DNA of 64,000 nucleotides from Eledone cirrhosa (taxonomy: Eukaryota). The stretch lies in the NCBI GenBank assembly GCA_964016885.1, contig OZ024743.1:287742001-287806000 (forward strand), in the 5' to 3' direction. The translations under genes and the position numbers were made by a program. Below are positions 56,630-64,000 of the stretch, piece by piece (the stretch's first letter is position 1; each line of letters opens with the position of its first letter). Below the pieces are notes generated by a model that worked only from the letters and a program-made list of their open reading frames with translations, was not told where the DNA came from and made no database searches.

Positions 56630-56696
<67 letters not shown>

Positions 56697-56709
56697 GTAT
56701 GTATGCATA

Positions 56710-56761
<52 letters not shown>

Positions 56762-56782
56762 ATATGTATGTATGCATATATA

Positions 56783-56839
<57 letters not shown>

Positions 56840-57174
56840 TAATATTTATATGTATACATATGTGTGTGTATATATGTATGTTATTATGTGTGTTTGTGTG
56901 TCTGTGTGTTAGTGAAAAATAGTTGGGAGTCAAATAATTCATTATAAAACGTCTTTAGAAGATCCGTATCAAACGCAAAAGTTCATCCATGCTGAAAATA
57001 TAATGATAATGAAGGTGGATTATAAAAATAATAACAATAAACATTGCGCATACCCAAATCATACGGAGTCGTGCTTGGCTATGCATTGAAAGCACGCTGT
57101 AATAATAAATATTACTGTAATAATAAAAATTACTGCAATAATAATGATGAGGAGGGCGGGGTTTTTCAAGTAGA

Positions 57175-58380
57175 ATGGTGGTGGTGTTGGTGATGGCAAT
57201 GGTGCTTGTGGTGTTGATGGTGGTGGTGGTGGTGTTGGTGATGGTAATGGTGGTGGAGTTGGTGATGGCAATGGTGGTGGTGGTGTTGGTGATGGTAATG
57301 GTGGTGGTGTTGGTGATGGCAATGGTGCTTGTGGTGTTGATGGTGGTGGTGGTGGTGGTGGTGGTGATGGCAATGGTGGTGGTGGTGTTGATGGTGGTGG
57401 TTGTGGTGGTGGTGGTGTTGGTGATGGTAATGATGGTGGTGTTGGTGATGGTGTTGGTGATGGTAATGGTGGTGGTGTTGGTGATGGCAATGGTGGTGGT
57501 GGTGTTGATGGTGGTGGTGGTGGTGTTGGTGATGGTAATGGTGGTGGTGTTGGTGATGGCAATGGTGGTGGTGGTGTTGATGGTGGTGGTGGTGGTGGTC
57601 TTGATGGTGGTGTTGATGGTGGTGGTGGTGTTGGTGATGGCAATTGTGGTGGTGGTGTTGATAGTGGTGTTGATGGTGGTGGTGGTGTTAATATTGGTGA
57701 TGATAAAGGTGGTGGTGTTGGTGATGGCAATGGTGGTGGTGGTGTTGATGGTGGTGGTGGTGGTGGTGGTGGTGTTAATATTGGTGATGATAAAGGTGGT
57801 GGTGTTGGTGATGGCAATGGTGGTGGTGGTGTTGATGGTGGTGGTGGTGGTGGTGGTGTTGATGGTGGTGTTGATGGTGGTGGTGGTGTTAATATTGGTG
57901 ATGGTAATGGTGGTGGTGTTGGTGATAGTAATGGTGGTGGCGGTGTTAATATTGGCGATGGTAATGGTGGTGGTGTTGGTGATGGTAATGGTGGTGGTGT
58001 TGGTGTTGATGGTGGTGGCGGTGTTAATATTGGTGATGGTAATGGTGGTGGTGTTGGTGTTGGTAATGGTGGTGGTGTTGGTGTTGATGGTGGTGGCGGT
58101 GTTAATATTGGTGATGGTAATGGTGGTGGTGTTGGTGATGGCAATGGTGTTGCTGGTGTTGATGGTGGTGATGATGGTGACGGTGACGGTAATGTTGCTG
58201 GTTGTGGTAGTAGCGATAGCAGTGGTGTTGGCGGTCGTAAAAGGCGTGGTGATGGTGGTGAAGGTGGTGGACGTAGTAGTGATGTTAGTGATGGTGGCGG
58301 TGGACGTACTAGTGCGGCTAGTGCGGGTGGTAATGTCGCTTGTGCGGGTGGTGTTGTTGGTGTTGTTGTTGGTGATTATC
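57175..58380. repeat. (GGT)n-derived low-complexity minisatellite
   Basis: Repeated ggtggtgttggtgatggcaat units; open in several frames on both strands. Confidence 0.9.
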
Positions 58381-58602
58381 TTCGCATCGTTCCAATTTTA
58401 GTATATGAACTGACAATAATAACAACAATGACAGTAACAACAGCAATATTAATTGTGTGTATTTATAATACATCTACAGTATATATTGCATGCGACTAGT
58501 TCAGGTTGAATGCTGATACCAGTATATTACGAAATTACAAACATTCGCCATACCATATAAATTCGGTCAAAGGTATGCTTGTTTGTATGTATGTATATAT
58601 GT

Positions 58603-58672
<70 letters not shown>

Positions 58673-59462
58673 GTGTGTGAGAGGTGGGTGGTTGGTGGAG
58701 GTGTTATTGCTGTATGTGGTTATCTGTGCGTATAAGAGTGTGGAAGCAGTATGGCTGACATGTTAAGAAGTTCGTGTCGCAATACAGAGATTCCAAGTTC
58801 AATCCCACCGAGTGACATCTTGGGCAAATCTCTTTTACGATAGCAGTGGTACAGTTGCAAGCTTTATGAGCGGGATTGTGTAAATAAGAACTGTGTGAAA
58901 GGCCGCCGAATGGACTGAAACTGCAATTCAAATAGCCAGTCTTGTCACACACTGTGTCTGGCTGTTTCTTTCTGATGGATTAAGTCAGGGGTACACGTAT
59001 TTTCCACATAAACGCTAATTGAATAAGCATGTAGTTTAGTTGATCATATAGCTGAATAATAATTGTTGAAACCGTTGGAAATAACTGTGTGTCTGCTTGC
59101 CAATGTGCATGGAGTTTGTTATTAGACAGTAAATAAAGGCAAGTAGTCAAAGTGTGAGAGTTAATCCACCAATCGCCATCATTTTCCATCAGTCGATTAC
59201 AATACATATATACATACATACATACATACATACATACATTTATATATACATACACATATCTATACACACATACACACACATATATATATATGGGTGTGTG
59301 TGTGCATATATATATATATATGTATATATGTGTATATATATATATACACATACACACACATATATATATATACACACACACACGCACACACACACACAGA
59401 CACACACACATATATATATATATATACATATATAAATGCATATATATATATATATGCATTTA

Positions 59463-59516
<54 letters not shown>

Positions 59517-59518
59517 TA

Positions 59519-59872
59519 CCCTGGCCGATTAACTCACTCGATATGCAAATTAGGCTGCTCAGCCGTTAATATGCATAAGGAAGGCATATACTTTCAGACG
59601 TTCAACCATCTGGCAGGAAGGTATACGTTGCTGACGATAGCTAATAAGCTTGAAACTAGTACAGCGTTCCTTTGTCAGTATTGAACAAATGAGCAACGAT
59701 GGTTGCTGGACACTGTACGGCTTAATTCGGGATGTTTGTTTACAGACACACCGAGCATTATAATAAATGTTCGGTGAATCCATACGTACATATATATATA
59801 TGTGTGCATGTATGTATATATATATACATACTACTGTACGTCTGTATACATATATGTATGTTCGTATACATA

Positions 59873-59875
<3 letters not shown>
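59519..59875 (+). mobile_element. Family L copy, TA-flanked
   Basis: Matches 52852-53193. Confidence 0.85.
59625..59667 (+). ncRNA. Minimal type I HHR
   Basis: acgttg-CTGACGA-tagctaataagctt-GAAA-ctag-TA-cagcgt. Confidence 0.8.
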
Positions 59876-59913
<38 letters not shown>

Positions 59914-60279
59914 GTATATATATATATATAAACTGCAATCCTCCCTCGCCATGGAGTATAGATTGGTAGTATGTATTTCGGTAAGGATTTTAGATGTCTA
60001 CGCAATGGTGAACACCCTGACGATACTCCCTAATTGATCCCACGATATATCCAGGATGTGACAGCTGAAAGGAAAGACTGGTACACAAAACCTAGATTAG
60101 TACTTTCTTTATCGATCCTGAAAGGTGAAAGGCAAAGTGAACCTCGGCAAGAATTGAACTCAAAACGCTCAAACGATTCTGCCAAATCGATAGCTTAATA
60201 AGCTTAGCCAAAGAGCTCTCAGCTGTCTGTTTGAATGTCTGCCTGTATGAATGTATGTATGCATATGTATGTATATTTG

Positions 60280-60343
<64 letters not shown>

Positions 60344-60348
<5 letters not shown>

Positions 60349-60738
60349 CAAAATATTAATAAATGAAGACGTTCACATAATCAAGATATATCGTTTATTA
60401 TATATATTTCGAAGGTACTGTGCTGATTTTTCAGTACGTCCTCGTCAGATAAAATACATGAATTGGCAGTACTGCCAATACTGGAATTGAACCCTCAAGA
60501 CAGTTGAGGTATGACATACATCAATTCATGTATTTTATCTGACGAGGACGTAATGTGAAAACACCACAGTACCTTCGAAATATATATAACAAAACATATA
60601 TTTTGATTATGTGAACGTCTTCATTTATCAATATTTTGAATAATATTAATAACTCCAGAAAACTTCACTGTAGAGTGCTTTTAATCTATTGTAAAACTAT
60701 ATTCATTGAGTATTTAATGACCCATATTAATCTTTGGT
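60344..60738. mobile_element. Family I foldback with HHR in both arms
   Basis: 60344-60465 is the inverse of 60522-60643; tttat-CTGACGA-ggacgta..taccttc-GAAA-tatata-TA at 60534-60592. Confidence 0.8.
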
Positions 60739-60750
60739 TATATATATACA

Positions 60751-60837
<87 letters not shown>

Positions 60838-61180
60838 TGTGTGTGTGTGTATGTGTGTGTGCGTGTAATTGTGTGTGTGTGTGTGTGTGTGAATACAATA
60901 TATACACAAACACACACACATCAACATCAACACAACAAAAGGACAGCAGAAGTAACAACAATAAAATTTGATCCGTTTAGTTTCATTAATCCGAGTGTTA
61001 CAAAGGTTAAAATGAAACCAGATTATTTTGTTTTTCGTCAAACCTTACCAAACTCTACAATAAATTCGGTCTCCAATTACCAACCAAGTGTCAAGATATT
61101 CCTACCAAACAGCTGAAAAGCCACATTTCCACACCCTCCTATAATGTTTCTCTCTGATGATATTCCCCTTGCCTATCCCT

Positions 61181-61278
<98 letters not shown>

Positions 61279-61379
61279 TAGATAGATAGATATCTATATA
61301 TATATATAAATACATACATATATATATATATATATATAGATAGATATATAGATAGATATCTATATATATATATAAATAC

Positions 61380-61417
<38 letters not shown>

Positions 61418-61430
61418 GTACATACATATC

Positions 61431-61623
<193 letters not shown>

Positions 61624-61930
61624 CTGTTTCTCTTTTTTATTGTAATCCCCTATTTCTTTGTTATCTTTATATGTTTTGTACGAGTCTATTGCTATCTTTC
61701 TTATGCAGCTCCTTTTCTGTATTTCCAGAGAGAGGGTAACAGTTGCTATTTTGTATATGTTCTTGATGTTGTTGCTAATGTTGATTTTGCTGAAGAGATT
61801 GTGTGGTGATTGTATTTTATTCTTTATTGTTCTTTAAGTCGAGTATTCTCTTACATTCTGTCATTTAATATCAATCTAAATACCTGTCGTATGTCGGCTA
61901 TCCTAATTGTATATACATGTATGCATATAC

Positions 61931-61960
<30 letters not shown>

Positions 61961-61963
<3 letters not shown>

Positions 61964-62160
61964 AACGAGTAGGACACCGACGGCTGAGCTGTAGCCGTTT
62001 CGACTGCTAATTCTGTACGTCCAGAATGAGCCGTCGAAACGGCTTGAGCTCAGCCGTCGGGGTCCTACTCGTTCCTATTACCCACTCTACTTACTAGCCT
62101 AAGTATTGAGTACTTTGGTGCGTTATGGTCCACCTGGTTCCTTACCACATTTCCTTCGTT
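61961..62160. mobile_element. Family E mini-foldback
   Basis: Same two ends as the 17121 and 53274 copies. Confidence 0.85.
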
Positions 62161-62200
62161 ATATATATATATATATATATATATATAAGTATGTATATAT

Positions 62201-62260
<60 letters not shown>

Positions 62261-62276
62261 GTATATATAAATATAA

Positions 62277-62329
<53 letters not shown>

Positions 62330-62332
62330 CGC

Positions 62333-62372
<40 letters not shown>

Positions 62373-62394
62373 ACGCATATATATATATATATAC

Positions 62395-62438
<44 letters not shown>

Positions 62439-62449
62439 ATATATACATA

Positions 62450-62540
<91 letters not shown>

Positions 62541-62542
62541 AC

Positions 62543-62595
<53 letters not shown>

Positions 62596-62597
62596 TG

Positions 62598-62642
<45 letters not shown>

Positions 62643-62781
62643 TTTATATATGTATATATATATATATATATTTTATATATGTATATATATGTATATATAT
62701 ATGTATATATATATGTATATACATATATATATTTATATATATATGTATATATATATATATATATATGTATAGATATATATG

Positions 62782-63381
<600 letters not shown>

Positions 63382-64000
63382 TACATAGACAGATATATAT
63401 ATAGATAGATATTTACATATATATATATATATTATGGGGGGGGGGGGGTTTGCTAACGTTGTTAGAACTCATTGTATCCTAAGATGGCTATTTTAGTGAG
63501 GAGGACGGCTGATTGAACATGAACTTCGAGACTACCATGTAGTCGAAATATCGATTTCCACCGTTCAATTGACCCTCTGAAACGATCGTAAAACAATGAA
63601 CTCACTCTCTACCTACACCTGACTTCTGTATTTATTATTCAAACACACACACATACACACACCCACACCCACACACACATAAATATATATATTTATACAC
63701 ACATACACACACACACACACACAAAGCATATATATATATATTTATATATTTATATATATAACCTGAGAATCCAGGAACACATCGTGCGGGTCATGTCAAC
63801 TTTGTTGTTTAAATGACTAGCCCTGCTTAGGTTGTTAGCAATAATTACTCCTAGGTCTCTGGTGTTGTTGGATATCACGTGGGTTTCACCCGAGGGAAGA
63901 GAATATGATAATTTCTGTTCATCCTCCTTTCCACAGTGGATTTGTACAAATTTATCGCCGTTCAGTAGAATATTGGATAACAGTAAGTAGGTCTGATTGA

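Larger units (their letters stand above)
54305..56633. mobile_element. Penelope-like retroelement (Naiad-like), inverted two-arm insertion in (TA)n, decayed
   Basis: Left arm on minus (RT, internal deletion, pLTR), right arm on plus (RT end, GIY-YIG, pLTR); terminal ~340 bp inverted; junction ~55495-55515 with a ~20-bp duplication. Confidence 0.9.

Noticed and set aside
57059-58401. 361-aa Pro-rich (extensin-like) and 408-aa Val-rich ORFs
   Set aside because: Translations of a (GGT)n-derived repeat open on both strands; no unique domain or exon evidence

Overview
Animal repeat-rich, gene-free window with very abundant (TA)n/(CA)n/(ATGT)n microsatellites; the SINE types suggest a cephalopod/Octopus-like genome (inference). 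No intact host gene is supported, and nearly all ORFs in the track are microsatellite translations. The main signal is a (TA)n-embedded retroelement system. It comprises one decayed Penelope-like element (RT plus GIY-YIG, Naiad-like; 54305-56633) and about 12 unrelated non-coding families, most carrying a type I hammerhead ribozyme (HHR) folded here by eye. These families occur as near-perfect tandem arrays (591, 470, 552 and 420 bp units) and/or foldbacks. In every foldback that can be oriented, the two arms diverge: RNA 5' ends meet at the centre and 3' ends abut (TA)n, usually with one 'long' and one 'short' end. This suggests retrozyme-like RNAs mobilised by the Penelope-like enzyme through two-sided target priming. 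Also present: a non-autonomous Helitron, an RTE-derived SINE-like family, tRNA-derived SINEs, and decayed RTE, CRE, Tigger and second Penelope fragments. Coordinates were read by eye and may be off by a few bases.
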